NCBI GenBank assembly: GCA_964384825.1
Contig: CAYLMM010000005.1
Location: 4,417-68,416, forward strand
Length of the DNA: 64,000 nt
DNA from: an uncultured Fibrobacteraceae bacterium
GTDB taxonomy: Bacteria; Krumholzibacteriota; Krumholzibacteriia; LZORAL124-64-63
Direction: 5' to 3'
In this document: in pieces, positions 1-8,520 of the stretch
How positions within the stretch are numbered: position 1 is the first letter of the stretch
How the letters are laid out: each line of letters starts with the position of its first letter
Made by a program: the position numbers and the translations under genes
The notes under the pieces: generated by a model
What the model was told of the DNA's origin: nothing
The model's database searches: none
Seen by the model: only the letters and a program-made list of their open reading frames with translations

Positions 1-2
1 CC

Positions 3-758
3 GTTCTGGGCGATGTCGAAGTTTCCGGGCTGGTCGACGGCGACGTCGTCGCGATCGGCGGTTCGATCAAGCTCTATGACAACGCCGAGGTCAACGGCAA
101 CGTCGTGTCGGTCTTCGGCGAGGTGGAACGGGACGATTCGGTCGTCATCCACGGGAGGGTCACTTCGATCGATCTTTCCGGCGTCTCGGGATTCGATCTT
201 CCCCATCGGATCCAGAGAGGTCCGGCCGGGTTCTTCGCCAAGAGTTCCCTGCTGATCGTTCTTGGCCTGTTCGTCCTGCTGATGTTCGCCGTGCTGCCGC
301 GGGCCCGCTTGATGCGGATCTTGGACAACCTGCGGGCGAGCCCCCGTCGCGCTCTCGGCGTCGGTCTGCTCTGGACGATCGTCGGCCACGTGGCCCTGGC
401 CGTGCTGGTGGCCCTGCTGGTGGTCACGATCATCGGCATCCCCCTGGCCCTGTTGCTGCTGCTGGCCTACATGATCCTGGGCCTGGTCGCTGTGGGCGCG
501 GTATCCCGGGTGGTGGGCGAACTCGTCTTGTCGCGCCGGGGTGTTGCCGACTCCTCCGAATGGATGGGGATGGTCATCGGTCTGCTGGTGATCTCGCTGC
601 CGACGGTGGCGGGGTTGATCCTGTCGCCGCTTCCCTTGATCGGCTGGATCGGCCGCCTGCTGGAACTGGTCGGGCTGATCGTCCATTTCCTGGTCTACTG
701 CTACGGCGCGGGCGCCATCTTCGCCAGCCGTTTCGGTTCCGGGCGGCTCGGCGCCTGA
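3..758 (+). CDS. 5'-partial; bactofilin-like (polymer-forming cytoskeletal) N-terminal repeats fused to a polytopic membrane domain
   Basis: The in-frame translation from nt 3 gives 'VLGDVEVSGLVDGDVVAIGGSIKLYDNAEVNGNVVSVFGEV..HGRVTSIDLSG', a bactofilin-type beta-helical repeat, followed by four or more hydrophobic helices. The ORF continues beyond the window start. Confidence 0.45.
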   Translation, partial: VLGDVEVSGLVDGDVVAIGGSIKLYDNAEVNGNVVSVFGEVERDDSVVIHGRVTSIDLSGVSGFDLPHRIQRGPAGFFAKSSLLIVLGLFVLLMFAVLPRARLMRILDNLRASPRRALGVGLLWTIVGHVALAVLVALLVVTIIGIPLALLLLLAYMILGLVAVGAVSRVVGELVLSRRGVADSSEWMGMVIGLLVISLPTVAGLILSPLPLIGWIGRLLELVGLIVHFLVYCYGAGAIFASRFGSGRLGA

Positions 759-1038
759 ATTTTTCCCCACTTCTTGGTGCGGATTTTTCCCCACATCGAC
801 GCGTCGCGCTGAGCCACGTGCTCGGCATGGCTGTTCCCGCCTGTTTCATGTCTTTCTAAGATATTGCAGTTGAATGATTTGGGGAATTCGCTCCACGGTC
901 TGCGAATGGCGGTTCCGTCGTCTTGACGGGGCATGCTGCGTGCCCAATGGAAAGAGGGAGTTACGACGGGGTGCCATGAGGGATCGGAAAGGAGCATCAG
1001 GGATGATCAGGGAGCGTCAGGGAACATCGGGTAGCAGG

Positions 1039-2121
1039 ATGGCGCAGGATGGATTCCGGTTCCGGAATCCGGCGGCCGCGCTTCGCGCCGATCGGAGGCG
1101 CCCGGCTGATGTCGTCCTGATGATCCTGGTGCTGCTGGGATTCCTGCTGACCTGCGCGCTTTCCTCGTCCGCCGCGGAAATCGTCAACAACGGCGCCATG
1201 ACCGTACGCGTGCATACGCCCGACGATCTGTCATCGCGCATCGTCGAACGTGACGGCCGCCGCGTGCTCCGCTCGCCGGACGGTTCCGAGGTCGAGCTGA
1301 TGGCCGGTCCCGATGATCCGCGCCTGCTGCGGCGGGCGGGCTCGTTCACGGCTCTGCCGGTCGACGTGGTTGGCGATGCGATCCGGGCGATCCACACCGT
1401 GGCGCCGCGCCTGGTCTGCGACGTGCTGCTGCTGCCCGCTCCTCCGGTCGCCGAGGGCGGGAGCTTCGCCCGCGGCAACGTCGTCTACCTTTCGCCCTCG
1501 TTCGGAACGGCTCCGGCCACCTCGGTCGCCGAGCTGATCACCCACGAACTCGGCCATGTCCTGACCTGGGCGTACTTCGATTGCCGGACCGATCTCTGGC
1601 GCGAATATTTCCGGTTGCGCGGTCTGTCCGACGCGGCCAACGGTCCTGCCGCCGTTCACGCCTGGCGGGCCCGCGAGATCCTGGCGGAGGACCTGCGCCA
1701 CCTGTTCGGAGGCGAACTGGCCGTCGCCTGCGGTGTGATCGAGAATCAGATGATCCCGTTGCCGGAAGAGGTCGCCGGTCTGGAAATCTTCCTGCGGGAC
1801 GCCGTCAGCGGCTCGCCCGGCGTCTCGGCGCCCCTGCTTTGCCGCGCTCATCCCAATCCCTGCAATCCCCGCACGACGATCACCATGTCGCTGGCATCGG
1901 TGCCGGTCGGCGCCGATCCCGCCGCCGCCCGGCTCGCGGTCTTCGATCTGCGCGGACGGATGATCAAGCGCGTCGACGGCGGTTCCGCGGCCGACGGGAT
2001 CCTCTCCCTGACGTGGGACGGTCGCGATTCCGGCGGTCGCGAGGCCCCTTCCGGCCGCTACCTCTACCGCGTCGAGTGGGCCGGCGCGCGGGGTGCCGGC
2101 GCCGTGATGCTCGTCCGCTGA
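1039..2121 (+). CDS. secreted HExxH zinc-metallopeptidase-like protein with a C-terminal T9SS type-A (FlgD-Ig-like) sorting domain
   Basis: Signal-peptide-like 'MILVLLGFLLTCALSSSAAE'. 'LITHELGHVLTWAYFD' is an HExxH motif. The C-terminus 'HPNPCNPRTTITMSLA...AVFDLRGRMIKRV...SGRYLYRVEW' is a T9SS CTD. ATG 1039 is chosen inside track ORF 874..2121. Confidence 0.55.
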   Translation: MAQDGFRFRNPAAALRADRRRPADVVLMILVLLGFLLTCALSSSAAEIVNNGAMTVRVHTPDDLSSRIVERDGRRVLRSPDGSEVELMAGPDDPRLLRRAGSFTALPVDVVGDAIRAIHTVAPRLVCDVLLLPAPPVAEGGSFARGNVVYLSPSFGTAPATSVAELITHELGHVLTWAYFDCRTDLWREYFRLRGLSDAANGPAAVHAWRAREILAEDLRHLFGGELAVACGVIENQMIPLPEEVAGLEIFLRDAVSGSPGVSAPLLCRAHPNPCNPRTTITMSLASVPVGADPAAARLAVFDLRGRMIKRVDGGSAADGILSLTWDGRDSGGREAPSGRYLYRVEWAGARGAGAVMLVR

Positions 2122-2225
2122 CGATTCCGCATCGGCTTCCGCCTCGTCTCACGCTCCATTTTCGGCCGAACGATCACGCCGCACGTATTCCGGGGGGCGC
2201 CCGGGAGCGGTCCGATCGGGGTCGG

Positions 2226-4073
2226 TCACTTGACGAGGGTGATTCGGCCCTGGGCCGCCGGGACGCCGTTCATCCGCAGGCGGTAGAGGTAGACGCCGGA
2301 AGGGAGGGGGCGGCCCGAGGCGTCGCGCCCGTTCCAGCGGCGGGCGTGTTCGCCGACCGGCAGATCGCCGGCCGCATCGGCGTGGACGCGACGGCCGCGG
2401 GCGTCGAAGATCTCGAGATCGATCGCACCGGGCTCGTCCAGCCGGAAGGAGATCGTGGTGGCGGGGTTGAATGGGTTGGGCCGGGCCCCGTGCAGGATCA
2501 GCGGCATCGGCGGCCGCGTTCCGACATCGGTGACCGGATCGACGATCTCGCGGATCTCGTCGAGGTTGATGTATCCCATCGGGCCCGTTTCCTGGTCGAT
2601 GATCTCCAGGACCACCGTCCGGCCCTGGAACGGGCGGATGTTCCAACGGCGGGCTTCGAGGGCGTCGTTCCCGTTGCCGGTGGCGCTCAACAGGATCTCT
2701 TCGGTCGTGGCATCCAACAGGGAGAAGGTGCAGGTTGCGGGGTATTCCCCGCCTCCGATCAGGAAATCCAGGAAGTCTCCCACCAGCACGTGCTCATGGC
2801 TGCGGATCCGTCCGGTCGCCGAATCGCCGAGCCGGGATCCGGGTGATCCGATCAGGCTCATCGGGCCCTGGTAGAATTCGGCGCTGCCGAAGTACGAGTT
2901 GCCCGCCGAGCCGATCGCGGGATCGCCGCGCTGCACCGGATTCTCGCGCCAGGTCGGATTGCCCGCGGCGATGGATCCCTCCAGCACAGCCCAGTCACGC
3001 TCCAGAGGATGCGGGCGCAGGACGTCCGGCGCGTCGTATCCGTCGAAGGACAGGGTGTCGATCCGCACCACGGATTCGAAATACCCGAAGGCCGGCTGCA
3101 GGGTCATCACGTAGCGGGAATAGATGAAGACGCCGGTGTCGAACGAGTCGATTTCCGGGGCGATGCCGTAATCGAAGATGGAGCGGTCGGCCATGGTCCA
3201 GGCGCCGAAGGCGTCGGCCGCGATGTGGCTCGTGCCCTGCTCGTCGTACTCCGAGAAGAACAGGTGGTGGATGCCGTCGATCTCCAGATACTGGTTGCTC
3301 TCGAGGTCGTGCCAGATCGGCGTGCCGTCGGCGCCGTCGTGGACGAAGGCCGGGCCGTTGCCGGTCCAGTGGACCAGGTCGGTCGAGACGGCGCTGTGCG
3401 AGACGCCGATCCGCGAGTCGGGATACTGGGGCGACGGCATGCCGGCGGTGTTCAGCATCATCCACTGGCCGCCTGAGCGGAACAGGCAGGGATCGCGGAA
3501 CGAACTCCATTCCTCGGCCGGATCCCATTGATAGGTTTCCGGGTCGGGCTCGAAGATCGGATTGGCGGGATCCTTCCACCAGGTGAACAGGTCGTCCGAC
3601 CAGGCCAGGCAGGCGCGCTGGACCTTCAGGGAATCGACGCCGGTGTACATCATCGCCCAGCGTCCCGCGTTCTGGTCGAAGACGACCTCGGGCGCCCATA
3701 CGTCCTGGGCGTCCCACCAGCCTTGCCCGGCGAGCAGGGCGGGGGCGTGGATCGTCCAATGCCTCAGATCCATGCTGGTGGCGTGGCCCAGCGTCTTGCC
3801 CGAGGAGTTCAGATAAGCCTCGTCGTAGGCGATGTAGAAGATGTGGTAGACGGAATCCGGGCGCACGATGCAGAAGTCGCGCACGCCGTGATCGGGATCG
3901 ACGAAGTAGGCCTGCTCGAAATCGATGTCGATCAGCGCCGAGGCGGCGGCAGGCAGCAACAACAGCGGCAGCATCAGCAGCAACAGGGAGGCGACCGGAA
4001 GCGAGGGGCCCGGCACGATACGGCCGGGCCGGTTCGCACGGCTCGCTGAGAGGGGGCGGTTGCGCGGGGACAA
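2226..4073 (-). CDS. GH32-like five-bladed beta-propeller glycoside hydrolase (beta-fructosidase/levanase-like) with T9SS type-A CTD
   Basis: 'VYHIFYIAYDEAYLNSSGKTLGHATSMDLRHW' matches the GH32 block 'YHLFYQ..WGHA.S.DL.HW', and 'FRDPCLF' is the RDP motif. The C-terminal 'ARPNPFNPATTISFRL...LEIFDARGRRV...SGVYLYRLRMNG' is a T9SS CTD. The start is uncertain. TTG at 4073 is preceded by GGAGG; alternatives are GTG 4016 and ATG 3974. The hydrophobic signal segment is 'LLLLMLPLLLLPAAASA'. Confidence 0.6.
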   Translation of the reverse strand: MSPRNRPLSASRANRPGRIVPGPSLPVASLLLLMLPLLLLPAAASALIDIDFEQAYFVDPDHGVRDFCIVRPDSVYHIFYIAYDEAYLNSSGKTLGHATSMDLRHWTIHAPALLAGQGWWDAQDVWAPEVVFDQNAGRWAMMYTGVDSLKVQRACLAWSDDLFTWWKDPANPIFEPDPETYQWDPAEEWSSFRDPCLFRSGGQWMMLNTAGMPSPQYPDSRIGVSHSAVSTDLVHWTGNGPAFVHDGADGTPIWHDLESNQYLEIDGIHHLFFSEYDEQGTSHIAADAFGAWTMADRSIFDYGIAPEIDSFDTGVFIYSRYVMTLQPAFGYFESVVRIDTLSFDGYDAPDVLRPHPLERDWAVLEGSIAAGNPTWRENPVQRGDPAIGSAGNSYFGSAEFYQGPMSLIGSPGSRLGDSATGRIRSHEHVLVGDFLDFLIGGGEYPATCTFSLLDATTEEILLSATGNGNDALEARRWNIRPFQGRTVVLEIIDQETGPMGYINLDEIREIVDPVTDVGTRPPMPLILHGARPNPFNPATTISFRLDEPGAIDLEIFDARGRRVHADAAGDLPVGEHARRWNGRDASGRPLPSGVYLYRLRMNGVPAAQGRITLVK

Positions 4074-4102
4074 GACAGCCTCCGGGCTCGGGCGATCGTC
4101 GA

Positions 4103-4813
4103 TCAGCGGAACAACTCCTTGACCGTACCCCAACTGAGGTCGGCGTTGGGAACCAGAACCTCCATGATGACGGTGAAGGCCAGGGGCGTGACGTCGGTCA
4201 CGGTTTCGGTGCGGCTCACCTGCTGGTAGCCTTCGGCGACGAATTCCAGATCGTAGGTCCGGCCCGGCTCGAGATGGCCGATGGTCAGCTCGAAGGAGCC
4301 CGGCGCCGGCGTGTAGGTTCCGATCAGTTCGCCGGACAGGTTGTCGACGACCACCGCGCGCAGGTCGGCGGGGGGGACGGCCGGATCATCGCGCAATTCG
4401 ATGGTGGCGATCATGGAGCCCGGTGCTCCTGTCCAGGTGTACGTGGAACCGATCTCGTCCAGCTGCACGGTGAACACGCCCGGCGTCGCGACATCGACCG
4501 GGATCAGCGGAGGATCCGCGGCCAGGACCACTGCGGCGGGATCGTCGGGATCGGCTCCGTACTTGGGATCGTTGGGGCCGCCGACCCAGAACTGGAACCA
4601 GTGCATGCCCGCCTCGGGGATGATGACCGGGCAGGACCAGACGTTGTCGGCCGTCAGTTCCATGTCGACCTGGCTGCAGTTCCCGGAGCCGTCGCTCCAG
4701 ACGAAGGCGAGGGCTTCCTGGGTGCTGTCGAATGCCGATGCGGACGATGCGGCCAGGATGATGACGATGCAACCGGCGAGCAGGGTGCGGAAGCTGGGAT
4801 GAAAACCGGACAT
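4103..4813 (-). CDS. secreted hypothetical protein with the conserved C-terminal tail '...VPNADLSWGTVKELFR'
   Basis: GGAG lies 8 nt upstream of ATG 4813. Signal peptide 'MSGFHPSFRTLLAGCIVIILAASSASA'. No recognisable catalytic motif. The tail is shared with 6275..7270. Confidence 0.55.
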   Translation of the reverse strand: MSGFHPSFRTLLAGCIVIILAASSASAFDSTQEALAFVWSDGSGNCSQVDMELTADNVWSCPVIIPEAGMHWFQFWVGGPNDPKYGADPDDPAAVVLAADPPLIPVDVATPGVFTVQLDEIGSTYTWTGAPGSMIATIELRDDPAVPPADLRAVVVDNLSGELIGTYTPAPGSFELTIGHLEPGRTYDLEFVAEGYQQVSRTETVTDVTPLAFTVIMEVLVPNADLSWGTVKELFR

Positions 4814-4852
4814 CGGTGACGCTCCATCGCTTGATAGGTGGCCAAACATCAA

Positions 4853-4930
4853 TAATTATCCTAATTGAGCATTAATTATATCATTCCCGGCCTGGATGGG
4901 ACAAGATGATATGCAGCACAATTTGATGTT
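4853..4930. promoter_or_regulatory. AT-rich divergent promoter island between the 4813(-) and 5039(+) genes
   Basis: The stretch 'caataattatcctaattgagcattaattatatcatt' has much lower GC than the flanks. On the minus strand it reads TTGTCC-N18-TATAAT, about 60 nt upstream of ATG 4813. Confidence 0.4.
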
Positions 4931-5038
4931 TTGCGGATGCCGAGGCAAGATCCATTCTTGTTCGGGGTGGAAACCGGGATTTTCGGTTCCTATCTTGCAA
5001 GCAGGGCCCGGATGATCGTATCCGCGGGAGGAGGAAGG

Positions 5039-6118
5039 ATGAGGATGCCGTTCCGTTCGAGAGCCGGCCTGGCCGTGTCCATGGCGGTCGTCGTTCTCGC
5101 CTTGCTGATCGTCGCGGCGGCCGGTTCGGCCGCGCCCAGGCTGCCCGAGATGAGGCAGGAGCATCTGCGCGCCCTGGCCGGGGTGGATTCGCTGATCGCC
5201 GCCGTGCGGTACGGGGCGGCCGAGCAGCAGGCCCGGCTGCTGCTCGGCAGGCCCCATCTCGACGATGATGTCCACTGGCAGGCCGAGCAGAGGCTGGGGC
5301 TGGCGCTGCATCGGCAGGGGCGGCTCGACGAGGCGCTCGACCACATGGAGAAGGCCGCCCTGTGGGCTCCGATGGTGTCGGTCAACCATCAGAACCTGGC
5401 CGCTCTGCTGATCGATATGGGGCGGACCGGCCGCGCGCTCGGGGAGTGGCGCGAGGCCGTGGAGCTCGATCCGCAGAACTGGCGGCTCAACCTGGATTAT
5501 GCGCAGGTGCTGGTCGATTTCGGCCAGTACGATCGCGCCGAACGGTATCTGGAGGCGGCGGAGATGATCGCCCCGGACCGGATCGAGGTCGTCCGCGGCT
5601 GGGCGCGGCTTCATCTCGAAAGAGGGGAACCGGCGGCGGCGCTGCCGTATCTTGAGACCCTTTACGCCGAGGAACCGGATATCGAGACACGCAGGTTGCT
5701 GGCCGAGGCGCGGCTGGCCGCGGGGCGTTCCGGGGATGTCCGGGATCTGCTGGCGCCCCATTGGGAATCCCTGGACGGGACCGAAATGGCTCTGGTCCTG
5801 CGCGCCGATCATCAGCAGGGCGATGCGACCCGCGCCGCCTCGCTGGTGATGGGATTGAAGGATGGGCGGCCCGCTCCGTTGCCGGCCGACATCTGGGCGC
5901 TGGCTTCGGCCCTCTGCGCGGACGCTGCGCACAAGGAGGACGGGCTGCTGCTGATCCGCCAGGCCGTGCTCCTGGATCCGGACAACGCCCTCTATCGCAA
6001 CAATATGGTTTCGTTGCTCTATGCCCTGGGCCGCGACGAGGAAGCCGAACGGGAGTGGCGGATCGTCATCCGGTTGGATCCTTCCCTCGCCGGGAACAGG
6101 ACCGAAATTTCTGAATAA
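5039..6118 (+). CDS. secreted TPR-repeat protein
   Basis: RBS GGAGGAGGA lies just upstream of ATG 5039. Signal peptide 'MRMPFRSRAGLAVSMAVVVLALLIVAAAGSAA'. The protein has multiple TPR-like helical repeats. Confidence 0.6.
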   Translation: MRMPFRSRAGLAVSMAVVVLALLIVAAAGSAAPRLPEMRQEHLRALAGVDSLIAAVRYGAAEQQARLLLGRPHLDDDVHWQAEQRLGLALHRQGRLDEALDHMEKAALWAPMVSVNHQNLAALLIDMGRTGRALGEWREAVELDPQNWRLNLDYAQVLVDFGQYDRAERYLEAAEMIAPDRIEVVRGWARLHLERGEPAAALPYLETLYAEEPDIETRRLLAEARLAAGRSGDVRDLLAPHWESLDGTEMALVLRADHQQGDATRAASLVMGLKDGRPAPLPADIWALASALCADAAHKEDGLLLIRQAVLLDPDNALYRNNMVSLLYALGRDEEAEREWRIVIRLDPSLAGNRTEISE

Positions 6119-6163
6119 AGGACGGCCGGGCGTTGCCGAAAAATGTAATTATGGTCGGGATAA

Positions 6164-6192
6164 TTGATCTAAGGTTCTGATCGTGCTATAAT
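6164..6192 (+). promoter_or_regulatory. sigma-70-type promoter candidate TTGATC-N17-TATAAT
   Basis: -35 TTGATC at 6164-6169 and a perfect TATAAT at 6187-6192, within an AT-rich stretch about 80 nt upstream of ATG 6275. Confidence 0.45.
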
Positions 6193-6274
6193 TGTTCGAT
6201 CGGTGGAAAGAATCGCCCGCGAATTCCGCGTCCCCACGTGTGGACGGGCGACTTCACGAAAGGATTCGCACTCT

Positions 6275-7270
6275 ATGTTGAAGAACCGGGAAAAGCCCGA
6301 TGGCCGCTGCGCGGTCATGCTGGCGGTTCTCTCGCTGGTCGCGGTCTGGGCGGCGTCCGGGTTCGCCGGAGTCTGCACGGAAATCTCGCCGACCAGTGAA
6401 AACGTCATCAACTACCATGTCGATTACCTGCCCAGGATCGATTTCCTGCCGCCCGACGGTGTCGACGGCGATTGTCCGCGGCCGCTGCCTGCGAATCTGC
6501 CGCAGACCGTATCGCTCGAAATCTACGCCTACAATCTGAACCGCGACCTGCTCGGGGCGGAGTTCAGGATCGTCGCCGACGCGCCGATCCAGGACTTCAC
6601 GCCGGGCCCCGGACTGATGATGGTCGCCGGCGACATCCACAACCTTTCGGCGACCACCTGGGTGGACGACATCCGGTTGTCGAGCGCGGGAGAGCCCGGG
6701 CCGGTCATGCTCGGCACCGTCAGCGTGCTGGCCGAAGCCGGCGTCGAGGGTTTCTGCCTCGACCTGGTCGGATTCGGCGGCGGCGAAACCGCGGTGATGA
6801 GCGTCGAGCTTCTCGGCGACATCCCCGCCCTGTCGCCGCGGCACGGCGCCAGCGTCGGGGCCGGTGACTACTATCATTGCCAGCCGCCCCTGTGCGAGGA
6901 ACCGCATCTGCCGATCCTGGACTTCGAGGCCCTGCAGAGCGGCGGACTGGTGATCGAGCTGGGCTGGATCGCCGGCGAAGGCAACATGACGATGATCCGT
7001 TATCGCTACGACGGCTTCGCCCCCACGACGATCCATGACGGATTCCAACTGGTGCTGATGCCCACCGAGCCGGGCCAGAGCTATTCCTTCGTCCATCCGT
7101 ATCCCCGCCACCAGCACTACTGGTACACGATCTTCAACCTGACCAAGTTCGGTTGCGAGGTCGTCCGCGCGAGCCAGGTCGAATCGGGATCCACCCTGAC
7201 CGCCTCGGTCGACGAGAGCGTGCCGGCCGAGGATTCCAGCTGGGGCGCGGTCAAGAGCCTGTACCGCTGA
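6275..7270 (+). CDS. secreted hypothetical protein with the conserved C-terminal tail '...VPAEDSSWGAVKSLYR'
   Basis: RBS AAAGGA precedes ATG 6275. Signal peptide 'MLKNREKPDGRCAVMLAVLSLVAVWAASGFAG'. Apart from the last ~30 residues it is unrelated to 4103..4813. Confidence 0.55.
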   Translation: MLKNREKPDGRCAVMLAVLSLVAVWAASGFAGVCTEISPTSENVINYHVDYLPRIDFLPPDGVDGDCPRPLPANLPQTVSLEIYAYNLNRDLLGAEFRIVADAPIQDFTPGPGLMMVAGDIHNLSATTWVDDIRLSSAGEPGPVMLGTVSVLAEAGVEGFCLDLVGFGGGETAVMSVELLGDIPALSPRHGASVGAGDYYHCQPPLCEEPHLPILDFEALQSGGLVIELGWIAGEGNMTMIRYRYDGFAPTTIHDGFQLVLMPTEPGQSYSFVHPYPRHQHYWYTIFNLTKFGCEVVRASQVESGSTLTASVDESVPAEDSSWGAVKSLYR

Positions 7271-7291
7271 CAGCCCGGATGATCGGGACCC

Positions 7292-7330
7292 CCGCCGCCG
7301 CGGCCGACGCCGCGGCGGCTTCCGTTTCTG
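7292..7330 (+). terminator. GC-rich hairpin followed by a T-rich tract (intrinsic terminator candidate)
   Basis: 'cgccgccgcgg-ccgac-gccgcggcggc' is a perfect 10-bp inverted repeat, followed by 'ttccgtttctg', 22 nt after the 7270 stop. Confidence 0.45.
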
Positions 7331-7431
7331 CAGGGTTTGATCCCCGGCGGCCGAAGGTGTAGCTTGAAAAGCCGTCGGACGTCGTCCGCTCCGATTCCTC
7401 GGAACCGCACTTCGAGCCAGGGAGATCGCTC

Positions 7432-8352
7432 ATGATGCCGCGCAGACATCGGGAACAGTCCTTCGCTCCGATCCTGCTGCTCGCATTGCTTTCGCTGTGG
7501 GGATGCGCGCCCGCGCCGGCCGGAAAGGCGGTCGAGGCCGGGCCGTCCGCCGCGCGGTCGGGAAAGATGTTGGAGAGGCCGGTCGCCGACGGGCCGTGGC
7601 GTCTCCATCTGCTTTCGCGATGCGCCGGAACCGCCGGCCACCGGGTCGACGCCGCCGCGCGCGACGTGCTGATCCGTTGCGGCGAGCTCTTCCGCTACGG
7701 CGAGGGGGGGGACGGGATCGTGGCCCTGGAAATGTATCTGGCCGGGAATGCACGACCCGACCCGCTCGTCCTGCTGACCCTCGGGCAGCTCTACGTGATG
7801 GCCGGCCAGGGCGTGCCCGAACTCGTGCCGGGCGAGGGGCCCGCCGCCGATACCGGGGACTGGGAACGCAACCGGAAAAGGTTCCTGGCCCGGGCCCGGA
7901 CCGTGCTGGAATCGGTCGGCGAACTGCGGCCGGACGATTCGGCGGTGGATTATCTGATCGCCGACGCCCTGCGGGCCGGCGGCGACCTCGCCGGAGCGGA
8001 AACGCGGGTGGCCGGGGGAATGGAGAAATGCACCATCCCGGCGAGCATGGACATCCTCGCGCGCTACCAGGAACTGCTGCGCACGCCGGCCGCCCAGATC
8101 GACGGACCGGCGCCGGATTACCCCGCCGAACTGGCCGATCGGGGGATCGCGGGCGATGTCGTCCAGGATCTCCTGGTGGCGCCGGACGGGACCGTGGCCC
8201 AGGTCGAAACGATCCGGCAGCCCGACCGGCGGCTGGCCCGCAGCGCCGCCAGGGCCCATTCCCAGGCCCGATTCTCGCCGGCCAGGGTGGGGAAATATCC
8301 CGTCTGGTCGTGGGCGCGCGTGACGACCCGGTTCGGAGCCGGGGAGGACTGA
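7432..8352 (+). CDS. lipoprotein with helical N-domain and a TonB C-terminal-like domain
   Basis: Lipobox 'LLSLWGCAP'. The C-terminal 'PDYPAELADRGIAGDVVQDLLVAPDGTVAQVETIRQ...FSPARVGKYPVWSWARVTTRF' matches the TonB-C fold signature. Confidence 0.55.
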   Translation: MMPRRHREQSFAPILLLALLSLWGCAPAPAGKAVEAGPSAARSGKMLERPVADGPWRLHLLSRCAGTAGHRVDAAARDVLIRCGELFRYGEGGDGIVALEMYLAGNARPDPLVLLTLGQLYVMAGQGVPELVPGEGPAADTGDWERNRKRFLARARTVLESVGELRPDDSAVDYLIADALRAGGDLAGAETRVAGGMEKCTIPASMDILARYQELLRTPAAQIDGPAPDYPAELADRGIAGDVVQDLLVAPDGTVAQVETIRQPDRRLARSAARAHSQARFSPARVGKYPVWSWARVTTRFGAGED

Positions 8353-8520
8353 GCGGGGAATCGGCGGGGCGAAATGAACTCCCGGTTGATTTACAAGGGG
8401 TTGGACCCTTATTTTACGCAGTGGTCCCCGCCCTCACCGTGGTGACCGGTTCGCATACCAACGAGACAAGACGGCAAGGCCGGCTCGCGGCCCTGTGGCC
8501 TGTGAAACCGCCACGGAGGT

